Source: Myxococcota bacterium (GTDB lineage Bacteria > Myxococcota > UBA4151). From it: 64,000 nucleotides of DNA. Location of the stretch: assembly GCA_036338695.1 (NCBI GenBank), contig JAYZBQ010000048.1:224001-288000 (forward strand). The letters run 5' to 3'. How positions within the stretch are numbered: the stretch's first letter is position 1; the number at the start of each line of letters is the position of its first letter. A program made the translations under genes and the position numbers. Positions 39,045 through 48,978 of the stretch are shown here, piece by piece. The notes under the pieces are model-generated. The model searched no databases. It saw only the letters and a program-made list of their open reading frames with translations, and had not been told where the DNA came from.

Positions 39045-40048
39045 ACGCCCAGCTGATGCGGCGCGCCCTGGCGCTCCCCGCGCCGCTGCTGCGCCCGCTT
39101 CACAGGACGGCTCCGATCGGCGCTGCGGTCCCGCCTGCGGCGCGCCAGCTCAACCTCAGCCACCCCTCAGGCTGGCTCGCTGCCGCGGCCGAGCTCCAGA
39201 CCTATGCCGGTCCACACGGTGAGGTACATTATGAACGCAACGGGGTCACCGCCTTTGCGCTCGGAACCGAAGGCGTCGACGCCCGAGCGCTCAGCGACTG
39301 GTCGCGCGCGATGCGCCGACAAGGGGCTCGCCACACGCTGCTCTTTCCCCTGGCGCTCTGGCAACGCCCTGCGCTCCATGCCTGCGGTTTCGACACGCTC
39401 ACCGTCGGTCAAGAAGCGGAGGTCTACCTCCCCGCTTATCACCGCACGGGCGGCGCCTATGCCAACCTGCGCCACATGCTACGCCGCGCCCACCGAAACG
39501 GGCTCCAAGCGGTCGTGAGCGGCCAGCTTCCCGGGGCAGCTCAAGCGCTCGAGCGCCCCTGGCGCGCCGGCCGGGCGCAGCCCGAGCGCATGCGCCTACT
39601 CGTCGGCTTGCACGGTGCCTGCGACCGAGCGCTCTTCGCCGTGGTTTCGACCCGATGCGGCACGCCCGTCGCTTATGTCGAGGCTCGGCCGGGCTTTGAC
39701 GGGCGCGGCTATGGTGTGGACGGGATGGTTCGCGCGCCGGGCGCTCCGGCGGGGGCGATGGAGCTCGCGCTCAACAGCCTGCTTGAGCACCGACGAGAGG
39801 CGGGAGACACGTGGTTCAGTCTCGGCGCCGTCCCCCTGCAAGGTATGGACCGCAGCCGGCCCCTTCTCGCCCTGATCTGTCGCGGGCTGCGCGAGACGGC
39901 GCTCGGCAACCAACTCTTCCACTTCTCAGGCCTGCAGCGGTTCAAGGCGAAGTTTGCGCCCCAATGGCGTCCGGTTCTGATCGGCGATTACCGCCGCGTC
40001 GGCATCCGCTCGCTGTATGAGGGCTGTCGGCTTTGGGGACTTTTCTAG
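39041..40048 (+). CDS. Stand-alone DUF2156 / MprF catalytic-domain homologue, no membrane domain
   Basis: VGQEA, NLRH, DGMVRAPGAPAGAME, FSLGAVPL, FHFSGLQRFKAKFAPQWRP. Confidence 0.8.
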   Translation: MNAQLMRRALALPAPLLRPLHRTAPIGAAVPPAARQLNLSHPSGWLAAAAELQTYAGPHGEVHYERNGVTAFALGTEGVDARALSDWSRAMRRQGARHTLLFPLALWQRPALHACGFDTLTVGQEAEVYLPAYHRTGGAYANLRHMLRRAHRNGLQAVVSGQLPGAAQALERPWRAGRAQPERMRLLVGLHGACDRALFAVVSTRCGTPVAYVEARPGFDGRGYGVDGMVRAPGAPAGAMELALNSLLEHRREAGDTWFSLGAVPLQGMDRSRPLLALICRGLRETALGNQLFHFSGLQRFKAKFAPQWRPVLIGDYRRVGIRSLYEGCRLWGLF

Positions 40049-40125
40049 GCTCGAGGCTTAGGCGCAGGTTTTGCCTGCGGCGAATTCCCCGCTAAGCTCT
40101 GGTTGGGACCGATGAGGAGTCTGAG

Positions 40126-42390
40126 ATGCTGCAACGAATCGCCTTGTTCGGATGCCTGATCCTTGGGGGCTGCGACCAGACGGTCATGGTGCGCAACCCA
40201 CCGGCTGAGCAGTGCGGTAACGGTGTCGTCGAGGCTTCAGAGGCTTGTGATGACGGCAACACCGTCGATGATGACGCGTGCACCGCTGGCTGTCAGGAGG
40301 CTCGCTGCGGTGACGGCATCACCCGCGCCGACCTCGACGCGGAAGACGCCGGCTACGAATACTGTGATGACGGCAACACCGAGGACGCGGACGCGTGCTT
40401 GAGCAATTGCGTGCTCGCTTACTGCGGCGACGGGATCACCCGGCTCGATCTCGATGAAGACGACCCAGATTACGAAGCCTGCGATGACGGCAACGATGAA
40501 GACGGTGACGGCTGCCTGACCAGCTGCCAGGCGGCGCGCTGCGGCGACGGTGTTGTCGGTCCTGGCGAGGGCTGTGATGACGGCAACGACAATCCCCAAG
40601 ACGCCTGCGACAACTGCCGCCCGACCGGCTGCGGCGACGGGATCGTTCAGGCGGGTGAGCAGTGCGATGATGGCAACGAGGACGAGCTCGACGGCTGCCT
40701 CAACAACTGCGCCAGCGCGCGCTGCGGCGATGGGCGCCTGCGCACCGACCGCGCCGAGGACGCAGTCGATTATGAGGCCTGCGATGACGGCAACACCGAC
40801 CCGACAGACGGCTGTCTACCGAACTGCGCGTTCGCGCGCTGCGGCGACGGCGTCCTTCGACGTGACCTGACCCCAGAACAGGCTGGCTTTGAGGCCTGTG
40901 ATGACGGGAACCTTCGCCCTGGAGACGGCTGCTCCGAGCGCTGCGATCTCGAGGCCTGCGGCAACGGCAGGCTCGATCACGGAGAGCGGTGCGATGACGG
41001 CAACGGCATCGCCGGCGACGCGTGTCTCAACGACTGCCAACCGGCGCGCTGCGGCGACGGCGTCCGCCGCAATGACCTGCGCCCAGGCGATGAGGGCTAC
41101 GAGGAATGCGACGACAGCAACCGCGACGCAGGCGACGGCTGCGACGCAGACTGTCAGCGCGAGGTCTGCGGCAACGGGCGCCTCGACGCCGGGGAGGCTT
41201 GCGACGATGGCAACGAGGTCACCCTCGACGCCTGCACCAACAGCTGCACCCTGGCTCGCTGCGGCGATGGAATTCGGCGCCAGGACCTTGCGCCTGAGCA
41301 AGACGGCTATGAAGCCTGTGACGACGGCAACGAGGTCGACGGGGACGGCTGCAACGCCGACTGCAGCTTTGCGCGCTGCGGCGACGGCCGATTGGACCGC
41401 AACGAACAATGCGACGACGGAAACCGGACCAACTTTGACGCCTGCACGAACGCCTGTGAACGTGCGCGCTGCGGCGACGGCATCATCCGAGAGGACCTCG
41501 ATGAGAACGACGAGGGCTTTGAAGCCTGCGACGACAACAACGCCAACGACCAAGACGCGTGCACCAACAGCTGCGCTCGGGCGCGCTGCGGCGACGGGAT
41601 CGTCCGCCGCGACATCACCAACTTCGCAGGTGGCTGGGAAGAGTGCGACGACGGCAACATCGTCCAGGATGATGGCTGCACACGCTCTTGCCGGTACAGC
41701 TCCATCGCCGACGCAGACGGCTACATCTGGGACCCGACCAGCCCCCACGGCTACCTCTACAACGGCACGAGCGACGCCTGGGACGGCTTCGGTTACCTCA
41801 GGGTCAACAACGTGGCGTATCGAGCCGGTTTCGAGTCCGTCGATTGGGCTCGCCAAGTCTACACGGGGCAAGTCCATGAAATGAACGGCTTTCGAGTGAC
41901 CAGGCGCTTCTACGCGGCGCGACCAAACGACGACCCCAACCTACGCAACTTCGGCCGCTTCTACATCCGCATCGAGAACCCTTCTGAGCTGCCGCGCTCG
42001 GTCAATATTCACCTGACCGGCAACCTAGGCAGCGACCGCAGCACGGTCCTGGTGACCAGCAGCAGCGGCGATCGACGCCTCACGACACAAGACCAGTGGC
42101 TGATCACCGACGACGCCGACGGTCGCGATGACCCGAGCATCTCGATCGTCTATCAAGGCGCGAACCCGAGCGTTCGTGTCAGTGAGGTCACCCTCAACAA
42201 CGACATCTTCGCGGTGCGTTGGAACCCGGTGTCGGTTCCGGCGCGCGGCCAGGTCGCGGTCGTCGTCTTCGTGGCACAAAACGGCGACCGCGCAGCGGCG
42301 ACGGCTGAAGCCCGAGCGCTGGAGTCCTTCCCCGAGGCGGCGCGTGCGAACCTGAGCGATCAGGACCGAGTCGGCTTGCTCAACTTCTGA
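40126..42390 (+). CDS. Lipoprotein with 14 Myxococcus-type Cys-rich (DUF4215-like) repeats and a C-terminal globular domain
   Basis: Lipobox LGGC; 14 x CG(D/N)G...E.CDD.N....D.C...C; GAGGAG RBS. Confidence 0.88.
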   Translation: MLQRIALFGCLILGGCDQTVMVRNPPAEQCGNGVVEASEACDDGNTVDDDACTAGCQEARCGDGITRADLDAEDAGYEYCDDGNTEDADACLSNCVLAYCGDGITRLDLDEDDPDYEACDDGNDEDGDGCLTSCQAARCGDGVVGPGEGCDDGNDNPQDACDNCRPTGCGDGIVQAGEQCDDGNEDELDGCLNNCASARCGDGRLRTDRAEDAVDYEACDDGNTDPTDGCLPNCAFARCGDGVLRRDLTPEQAGFEACDDGNLRPGDGCSERCDLEACGNGRLDHGERCDDGNGIAGDACLNDCQPARCGDGVRRNDLRPGDEGYEECDDSNRDAGDGCDADCQREVCGNGRLDAGEACDDGNEVTLDACTNSCTLARCGDGIRRQDLAPEQDGYEACDDGNEVDGDGCNADCSFARCGDGRLDRNEQCDDGNRTNFDACTNACERARCGDGIIREDLDENDEGFEACDDNNANDQDACTNSCARARCGDGIVRRDITNFAGGWEECDDGNIVQDDGCTRSCRYSSIADADGYIWDPTSPHGYLYNGTSDAWDGFGYLRVNNVAYRAGFESVDWARQVYTGQVHEMNGFRVTRRFYAARPNDDPNLRNFGRFYIRIENPSELPRSVNIHLTGNLGSDRSTVLVTSSSGDRRLTTQDQWLITDDADGRDDPSISIVYQGANPSVRVSEVTLNNDIFAVRWNPVSVPARGQVAVVVFVAQNGDRAAATAEARALESFPEAARANLSDQDRVGLLNF
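40213..41690 (+). repeat. Coding tandem repeat array (14 units, two length classes)
   Basis: Recurrent cgctgcggcgacgg and tgcgatgacggcaac; units of about 31 and 39 aa. Confidence 0.9.
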
Positions 42391-42442
42391 TGGCAGCTCG
42401 AGTTCAGCCACCTCAACGAGCGCGTGAGCGCCCAAAGGATCG

Positions 42443-43771
42443 GTGATGAACGACGCGAGAACCCCTTCGCTCAAGCTCGACGCCGAGACGCTCGCTGCGA
42501 TGCATGCCGCCGACATTGCGGACGTTTTTGAGCACACAACGCCAGATCAACACGTCCTGATCATGAGCGTCCTGGGCGCGGAGAAGCGCGCCGAGCTGTT
42601 GGTCTACCTCGACGCGAGCGAGCGGCGCGGTCTGCTCGACCAGCGGAGCCCAGCGCAGATCGCTGCGCTGGTCGGGGCGCTTGAATCCGATGACGCCGCC
42701 GACGTGCTCGGCGAGCTCGAGGAGCAGACCCAGATTAAGGTGCTCGCGGCGATCGAGGATGAGGACCCTAAAGAGGCAAACGAGGTGCGCTCGCTCCTGC
42801 ATTACCCGGACGATACCGCCGGGGGTTTGATGCAGGCTGAGATCGCATCGATCACCTACAATGCGACCGCAGCCGAGGCACTTGAGGCGCTCAGAGCCAG
42901 CCAAGATGACGCCGACTCGATGCACTTCATCTTCGTCACGGATGAGCGAGGAAAATTCATCGGGGTCGTGCGCATGGCGCGCTTAGCGCTCGCCGAGCCC
43001 TCCTCGCCGATCGCCGAGATCTTTGAGCCCAAGTTCGTCGACGTGGAGGCGCATGTTGACCAAGAAGAGGTCGCGCAGCTCTTCGCTAAGTATGACATCA
43101 TCACCCTCGCCGTCGTCGATGAGCACGAGCGCTTGCTCGGGCGGATCATGGTCGATGATATCCTAGAGGTTTGGGCGCACGAGGCGGACGAGGACGCCTT
43201 TCGCATGGTCGGCTCGGACGCCGACGAGCTGCAGCACCAGCGCAACCCGGTCCGGCTCGCTTTTATTCGTCTACCGTGGCTGCTCATCAACCTCGTCGGC
43301 AGCGCTGCGACCGGCTGGATGCTCTTCTTGTTCCAAGGGACCCTCGTCGATCACATCGTGCTGATCACCTTTGTCCCCGTGATCACGGCTATGGCCGGGA
43401 ACGTCGGCGCCCAGAGCGCGATGATCATGATCCGCAACTACGCCGCTGGGCGCGACCTCGAGCGCAGCATCTGGCGCCACCTCGGTCGCGAGAGCGTCAC
43501 CGGGCTCTTTATCGGCGCGCCCTGCGGCGCGCTGCTCGGCGTCGGCGCAACCGTCTGGCACGGCAACCCTTCCATCGGGTTGATCGTCGCCATCAGCCTG
43601 TTCCTCGTCATGACCGTCTCAGCGATCATCGGCAGTCTGGCGCCGAGCCTGTTTCGACGCCTGGGTATCGACCCTGCGATCGCCGCCGGTCCGTTTGTGA
43701 CCACCGCCAACGACCTCATCGGTATTGCGATCTACATGGGCGTCGCCGCCGCCATCCTGAGCGCCGTCTAG
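42443..43771 (+). CDS. mgtE: Magnesium transporter MgtE
   Basis: MHAADIAD, YPDDTAGGLM, CBS pair, RLPWL, AGNVGAQS, DPAIAAGPFVTT.ND. Confidence 0.95.
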   Translation: MMNDARTPSLKLDAETLAAMHAADIADVFEHTTPDQHVLIMSVLGAEKRAELLVYLDASERRGLLDQRSPAQIAALVGALESDDAADVLGELEEQTQIKVLAAIEDEDPKEANEVRSLLHYPDDTAGGLMQAEIASITYNATAAEALEALRASQDDADSMHFIFVTDERGKFIGVVRMARLALAEPSSPIAEIFEPKFVDVEAHVDQEEVAQLFAKYDIITLAVVDEHERLLGRIMVDDILEVWAHEADEDAFRMVGSDADELQHQRNPVRLAFIRLPWLLINLVGSAATGWMLFLFQGTLVDHIVLITFVPVITAMAGNVGAQSAMIMIRNYAAGRDLERSIWRHLGRESVTGLFIGAPCGALLGVGATVWHGNPSIGLIVAISLFLVMTVSAIIGSLAPSLFRRLGIDPAIAAGPFVTTANDLIGIAIYMGVAAAILSAV

Positions 43772-43772
43772 C

Positions 43773-45185
43773 TCAGTTGCATAAGAATTCTTCCTCGAGA
43801 TCGGCGCCAAGACGCAGCTCGATACGACGCTCTTGACCGCCGCGCCCCGTGGCGCACTGGACGCGCAAGGTCCAGGCGCCGGCGTCGAGATCAAGCGCTT
43901 CGCCGCTGACCCCTTGGCGCGGGGCGCGCTCGCCCGCTCGTAGCGCCTGCCAGACGCCTCGAGCCCGCTGCCCGCCTTTGGTCAGCGTCACGCGCAGGCG
44001 GCTCTGCTGCCGTTGCAGGTCGACCGTCTCTTGGCCGCCCTCTCGAACGACCAGCGGCTTGCTGTAGGGGATCATCTGCCCATCGCTTGCGAGCACCCTG
44101 AGCGGCCACCGCCCCGGCGCAATACGAACCAGCTGGCCAATAGCGAAGCGGCCGACGAGCTCGCCATCAGCCGGATTGAGCAACTCAACCTGACCGTATT
44201 GCGGGGCTTGCCCGCGGCGTAAGCGGACGACCGCCTCACCGTATTTCGGCTGCCGCCCAAACCGCGTCGCTTTCCCTGATCTCACCTCAACGGCCTCGGC
44301 TTTGGCGCCCACGTCAAGGCCCAACACTTCTGCCGAAGGGAGCTGATAACTCAAACGGTACAGACCCGGGCTCACCTTCCAACGCTCGCCCTGCAACCCA
44401 TCAGCCAACATTTTGTCGCCGCTCGCGTCGTACAAGCGCAGCTCACCGAGCGGCTCTTTAAGCGCCCACTTCAAGATACCCAGCGCCGGGTTGGCGCGCC
44501 GCTCGACGGTGGCGCCGGATTTAAGCACGAACTCACCCACGGCGTGAGCCTTCTGCGCCAGGTCCTCGCGCCGCGTCACCGTCATCGTGTACCGATTCGG
44601 CGGCAGCTTAATCCAAGCGCCAGCGGGCCCATACCCTGCCGTGCGCCCGGAAGGGTCCAACAGCTCGACCTGCCCCTCGCCCCCGGCGAGGCTCAAGCGC
44701 ACCTTCCCCGGCGCGAAGTCGACCGTTCGCTCCAGCGTAGCGCCCTGGCGCACCTCGATTCGGTCCTGACGCCATCCTTTTTTGGCGTCATCGAAGCTCT
44801 CAAGCGCCCAAGCCCCGGCGATCAGCGGCGTCTGCGCCCCAGGCTTCGTCTCGACGCGCTCATCACCGCCGAGACGCCTGAGCACCAACCGGCCATCGAT
44901 TCGGTCCCCTTCACGCTCCGTCCACACGATCGCAAACCCCATCTTGAGGTCGATCTGCTGCTTACCGCGCACACCCTTGACGATCTGGACGAGCTCGCCG
45001 GTCGCGCGCCGGCAAAAGATGCGGACATCCACACCACGCCCTTGATCCCAAGCGACGGGCTCTCCGCTCGCCGCCTCGGCTTCGGTCTCTAGGTTCTGCA
45101 AGCGACAGGTTCGCCCGGACTCAATACCGTTGACCGTGACATCAACCTGTATCGTGGCCGCAGCGAGCGCTAAGGCGACGATCAT
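43773..45185 (-). CDS. Secreted protein of about 6 tandem PEGA/prealbumin-like beta modules (gene C)
   Basis: Short signal; repeated L..G.(W/Y) module ends (LIAGAW, LPPNRY, VSPGLY, IAPGRW, LDAGAW). Confidence 0.7.
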   Translation of the reverse strand: MIVALALAAATIQVDVTVNGIESGRTCRLQNLETEAEAASGEPVAWDQGRGVDVRIFCRRATGELVQIVKGVRGKQQIDLKMGFAIVWTEREGDRIDGRLVLRRLGGDERVETKPGAQTPLIAGAWALESFDDAKKGWRQDRIEVRQGATLERTVDFAPGKVRLSLAGGEGQVELLDPSGRTAGYGPAGAWIKLPPNRYTMTVTRREDLAQKAHAVGEFVLKSGATVERRANPALGILKWALKEPLGELRLYDASGDKMLADGLQGERWKVSPGLYRLSYQLPSAEVLGLDVGAKAEAVEVRSGKATRFGRQPKYGEAVVRLRRGQAPQYGQVELLNPADGELVGRFAIGQLVRIAPGRWPLRVLASDGQMIPYSKPLVVREGGQETVDLQRQQSRLRVTLTKGGQRARGVWQALRAGERAPRQGVSGEALDLDAGAWTLRVQCATGRGGQERRIELRLGADLEEEFLCN

Positions 45186-45188
45186 GCC

Positions 45189-47489
45189 TTACTCCACAGG
45201 GGTAACAGTGAGCGAGTAGCCCGCTTCCGGGCGTGTATCGATCGAATAGACCCGAAGATAATACGAACCGGAGCTCGGGAAGCGCATCATGATCTCTTCA
45301 TGATTGAGCAACCCCTCCGAAGTCGCCAGCACCGTGTCGCGATTGGGCGTCAACAGAGCCATATCGAGGTCGCCGTCGACCGCATGGAAATCGAGATCGA
45401 TCCGCAGCCGCTGTCCGCGCCGGACATCAAGGCGGTACCAGTCATCATCGCCGTCGCACGCCACCGCCTGGATCGCTCCATCCGTCGTCAAAGCGCTGGC
45501 CGCCTCGGCAGTATCGTTCGGCTCATGGACGTCCGGTCGGCAGTAGTGGTTCTCGCTGCTCGAGAACTGAACATCATAAGGACCGACGCCGTCATCAGCG
45601 GAGTACACCTTCGCCAGCACCGTCGTGGTCTGAGTCGTCGCAACGACCGCCTCTGTTTGCCCCTCAGCCGTCCAGATCCGGCCCAGCGGATTGTTCCCAG
45701 CCTCATCGTAAAATCGCACGGCGACCTGCGCCTCGCGTGTCTCATAGCGGGTGTTCGCGTAGACCCGTCGGTTGGCAGGGACGGTCAGCCGGTACCAGTC
45801 GACATCCCCTGCGCACAGGCTCCGTTCGGCGCGCAGCGCCTCGGGCAAAGAGACCGGCGTGGCGGAGGCCGGGAAGTTGTTCGACGCCTGCCCCTCATCG
45901 ACGTCCGGTAAGCACTCATAGGGACCCTGCAGGTTGTAGGTCAGGTCGTAGCGGAGCGCCGCTCGATCCAGCGCACGCACCTCGACGATCAAGCTCTGCT
46001 GCCGTGCGCTCCGGTAAAAGATGCGCTCACGATCGCTGCGCACACCGCGGCTCGCGTCGAGTTCGGTCTGGCCGTCGAGGGTCAACAACCGAAGGTCGAT
46101 ATCACCGAGTTGGTGGTTGAAATCGGTCACGAACTCGAGCGCTTCTCCCGCCTGAAGATCGATCTGATAGTAATCGACATCGAACTGACACAGCGTCACA
46201 CCGTTGTACGTGCCCGGCTCAAGGACGCTCGCAAGGTCGGCGCTGTTGTTGCCGCCGTCGCCTTCAAAGCGATCCGCTTCGCAGGGCTGACCAGGCGCTA
46301 GGTTGAGCTGCAGCTCATACGGCGTGTTCCCAGCCAGGTGCGCCACCTTGATAAAGTAGAAGGCTTCGGCGCCTGCGACGAAATTAAACGCGGCCGGACC
46401 GCGCGGCGGACCCGGCGCGTAACGCAGCGTCGAGATCCCGTCTTGCGCCACCAAGAACAGATCGAGCATGGCGCCCTCTTCCATCCCGAGCGCTTGGACC
46501 GTCAGCTCCTCGCCGCGGTTCAAGCGCAGGGCATAGAAGTCGTTGTCGTCAGGGCAGAGGGTCAGGTGGTCGAGGCGCTTATCCTGACCATCCATCACGA
46601 TGTCCGTCGCCGATGCGAAGGTGTCGTTGTCTTCGTAGATGTCATCTCGGCACGGACCGCCGATCGGCTGACACAGCCCGGTCACCACGTCACAGCGCTC
46701 GGCGAAACCACAGTGCAGATCGGACGTACATGGGTCGGGCTTGGGGATGCAGATGCGCGCCTGAGGGTCGCAGGTCTGATTCTCGGGGTCGGGGCAGTCG
46801 TCGTCGGTCCGGCAGATGTTGTCGCTCTCACACAAGCCGGAGCGGCGATTGCACTTCAAGCCGGTGCCGCAATTCTCATCGCTTATGCACTGCACACAGT
46901 TACCGATGGGGTCGCAGAACATCCCCTGCTGGCAGTCCTCTTCTTGCGTCTCCACCGTACACTCTGCGGCGCCGGCGCGCTGACAGCGACCGGTCGCCTC
47001 GTTGCAGACCTCACCCGACTCGCACGCGGTCTCCGGGAACTGCTCCGCCAGCGCACAGCCGACCGACTCGATGCAGTAGAAGTGGACCCGGTCGCAGTCG
47101 AAACCGACCGGACAATCCGATCGACGAGCGCACGGGAGTGACTCGCTGGCGTCTAGGCAATTCCCGAGCGCACAGAATTTGTTGAGCCCGCACTCGGCGT
47201 CTTCCGAGCAGTCCGAGCCGAAGCCGTCGCGCGTCCGGCAGATCCCCTCGCTGACTGAGCAATACTCGTAACGACGGCATTCGCTGTCGAGGCTACACGG
47301 CGGGATCTCTTCACACGCGCCGGTCGGCGAGCAGCGCAAGCCCAGATCGCATTCGCTGTCTTGCGTGCAAGGGTCCTGGACGATGACGCCGGCGTCCGGC
47401 GGAGCAGGGTCGGTCGTCTCGCAGGCTGCGAGCGCCAGAGTCGCCGCTAGCGCGCCCCAGAGATGCTTAGAACGGGCGTTCATACGCAA
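45189..47489 (-). CDS. Lipoprotein B': Cys-rich repeats plus 4 PPC-like modules
   Basis: Lipobox ALAAC; C..D..C..G..C....G.C repeats; D..E.N(D/N)....A / LC..D.D(W/Y)Y / GDLD.L modules. Confidence 0.8.
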   Translation of the reverse strand: MRMNARSKHLWGALAATLALAACETTDPAPPDAGVIVQDPCTQDSECDLGLRCSPTGACEEIPPCSLDSECRRYEYCSVSEGICRTRDGFGSDCSEDAECGLNKFCALGNCLDASESLPCARRSDCPVGFDCDRVHFYCIESVGCALAEQFPETACESGEVCNEATGRCQRAGAAECTVETQEEDCQQGMFCDPIGNCVQCISDENCGTGLKCNRRSGLCESDNICRTDDDCPDPENQTCDPQARICIPKPDPCTSDLHCGFAERCDVVTGLCQPIGGPCRDDIYEDNDTFASATDIVMDGQDKRLDHLTLCPDDNDFYALRLNRGEELTVQALGMEEGAMLDLFLVAQDGISTLRYAPGPPRGPAAFNFVAGAEAFYFIKVAHLAGNTPYELQLNLAPGQPCEADRFEGDGGNNSADLASVLEPGTYNGVTLCQFDVDYYQIDLQAGEALEFVTDFNHQLGDIDLRLLTLDGQTELDASRGVRSDRERIFYRSARQQSLIVEVRALDRAALRYDLTYNLQGPYECLPDVDEGQASNNFPASATPVSLPEALRAERSLCAGDVDWYRLTVPANRRVYANTRYETREAQVAVRFYDEAGNNPLGRIWTAEGQTEAVVATTQTTTVLAKVYSADDGVGPYDVQFSSSENHYCRPDVHEPNDTAEAASALTTDGAIQAVACDGDDDWYRLDVRRGQRLRIDLDFHAVDGDLDMALLTPNRDTVLATSEGLLNHEEIMMRFPSSGSYYLRVYSIDTRPEAGYSLTVTPVE

Positions 47490-48978
47490 ACATCTCCTCT
47501 AAGTCCCTGAAGTTCAGGTCCGGCCAGTCGAGCTGAAGCGCCTTCCACATCGTCTGGTCCTCTTCGTAAGCCATGTAGGTCTCGTGCCGGAGCATCCCGT
47601 GGACGTAGACACGGACCGTCCCCGTGACGGGTGTGCGCGCCTCGCCCTGCTGGTTGTCGTTCCAGTAGTGAACCCAGATCTGAAAGGTGTCGTTGGCGGG
47701 CTCGCGCAGGTTGATGTTCTCAGGTCCAAAACCACGCTGATCGTCGATATCGAGCCTCGGGTGGTTCGCCTCTTCCGGATACCAATCATCCGGAAAACGG
47801 TTCGAGAAGTACGCGTCGTAGTCCGGATCAAACGGGTGATATTCAAGCGCCTCATCGCCGCGCAAGAAGTGGAGGTCGAGGTCCGCTTCAGGGTGATCCC
47901 AAGTCAACTGGATGTGCAGCGCGTCGCGCGGCACAGCAGTAAAGGTGATCACAGCCGGCTCCACAGAGCGAACACCCATGGTGTCCACCACGTGCAGCTC
48001 AACGGTGTAGTCGCCAGCGAGGTCTGCCGTGATCCCCGCCTCGGCTTGGTCGGCGTCCTCGATGGTCGCCGTCGAACCCGGCGGCCGCCTCAAGAGGGAC
48101 CAATTGTACGATGCGATGGTCAGCCCCTCAACCGGGCTGTTGCTGGTGCGGCCATCAAAGACGATCTGATCGAGGGGCTCGATCCGGTCCGGGTCGTTGA
48201 CCAGCTGCGCTTGAGCGATCGGCGGCTGATGACCTTGCCCGATGATCGGCACCTCAACCTCGGGTTGGTTGATGTCGTTGCTCTGGATCCTCAGCACGCC
48301 GCTGTACTCGATCAGCTCGACGGGCTCAAATGCGATACGAAATTGAGCCGTCAACCCCGGCGCAATCGCCTGATTGACCATGCTCGCTGAGCCGATCGCT
48401 CGAAACGGGCAGACGTCAGCGTCTGGACACGCCACGAGCACGTCGCCGACGAAGAGGTCGTTCTGCCCAAGATTGCCGACGGTAACCGGCAACAGGCCGG
48501 TGTCGCCGACGGCGGTCGGTCCGAAGTTGAGGGCCTCGGGTGTCACCGTAATTTCCGGCGTCCCGAGGTCGACCCCGACGCCTCGCAGCGGCACCTCGAT
48601 GGTCCCGATGTCCGCGTCGAGCGTCTCGAGGATCAGCACGCCCTCCGCGTTGTCCTCAACGACAGGCGCAAAGGTGACGTCGATCAAGCGGGTCTGCCCA
48701 CTCGGGATCAAGGTCGGGCATTCGCCGATCGTAAAGACAGGCTCGGTGTCGTCCGAGCGCTCACAGCGCACGATCTCCACCGCGACGATGCTGGGATTCG
48801 CCAGCGAGATCTGGACGGTCTTGGACTGCGCCAAACCCACCTCGCCGAACTCGACCGGGTTCGGGGTCACGTCGAGCTGATGCGGGACCTTGATGATCTC
48901 GTCGTCGCCGCAGCTGCAGCCACCGAGTGACGCCCCGAGAACGAGCGCCGCGATCACACTGCGGCGAAACGTGATCAT
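47467..48978 (-). CDS. Lipoprotein A': two ASH/choice-of-anchor D Ig domains, PKD-like domain, YfaP/DUF2135-like C-domain
   Basis: Lipobox LGGCSC; VTP..(V/L).FG; YNWSLLRRPPGS..DLAGDY; LTWD..DLDLH..LDIDDQRGFGPENI. Confidence 0.8.
   Translation of the reverse strand: MITFRRSVIAALVLGASLGGCSCGDDEIIKVPHQLDVTPNPVEFGEVGLAQSKTVQISLANPSIVAVEIVRCERSDDTEPVFTIGECPTLIPSGQTRLIDVTFAPVVEDNAEGVLILETLDADIGTIEVPLRGVGVDLGTPEITVTPEALNFGPTAVGDTGLLPVTVGNLGQNDLFVGDVLVACPDADVCPFRAIGSASMVNQAIAPGLTAQFRIAFEPVELIEYSGVLRIQSNDINQPEVEVPIIGQGHQPPIAQAQLVNDPDRIEPLDQIVFDGRTSNSPVEGLTIASYNWSLLRRPPGSTATIEDADQAEAGITADLAGDYTVELHVVDTMGVRSVEPAVITFTAVPRDALHIQLTWDHPEADLDLHFLRGDEALEYHPFDPDYDAYFSNRFPDDWYPEEANHPRLDIDDQRGFGPENINLREPANDTFQIWVHYWNDNQQGEARTPVTGTVRVYVHGMLRHETYMAYEEDQTMWKALQLDWPDLNFRDLEEMFAYERPF

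Noticed and set aside
40213..41690. Regularly spaced DNA repeats as a CRISPR array
   Set aside because: Repeats are degenerate at third codon positions, in frame within one ORF, and no cas genes are present
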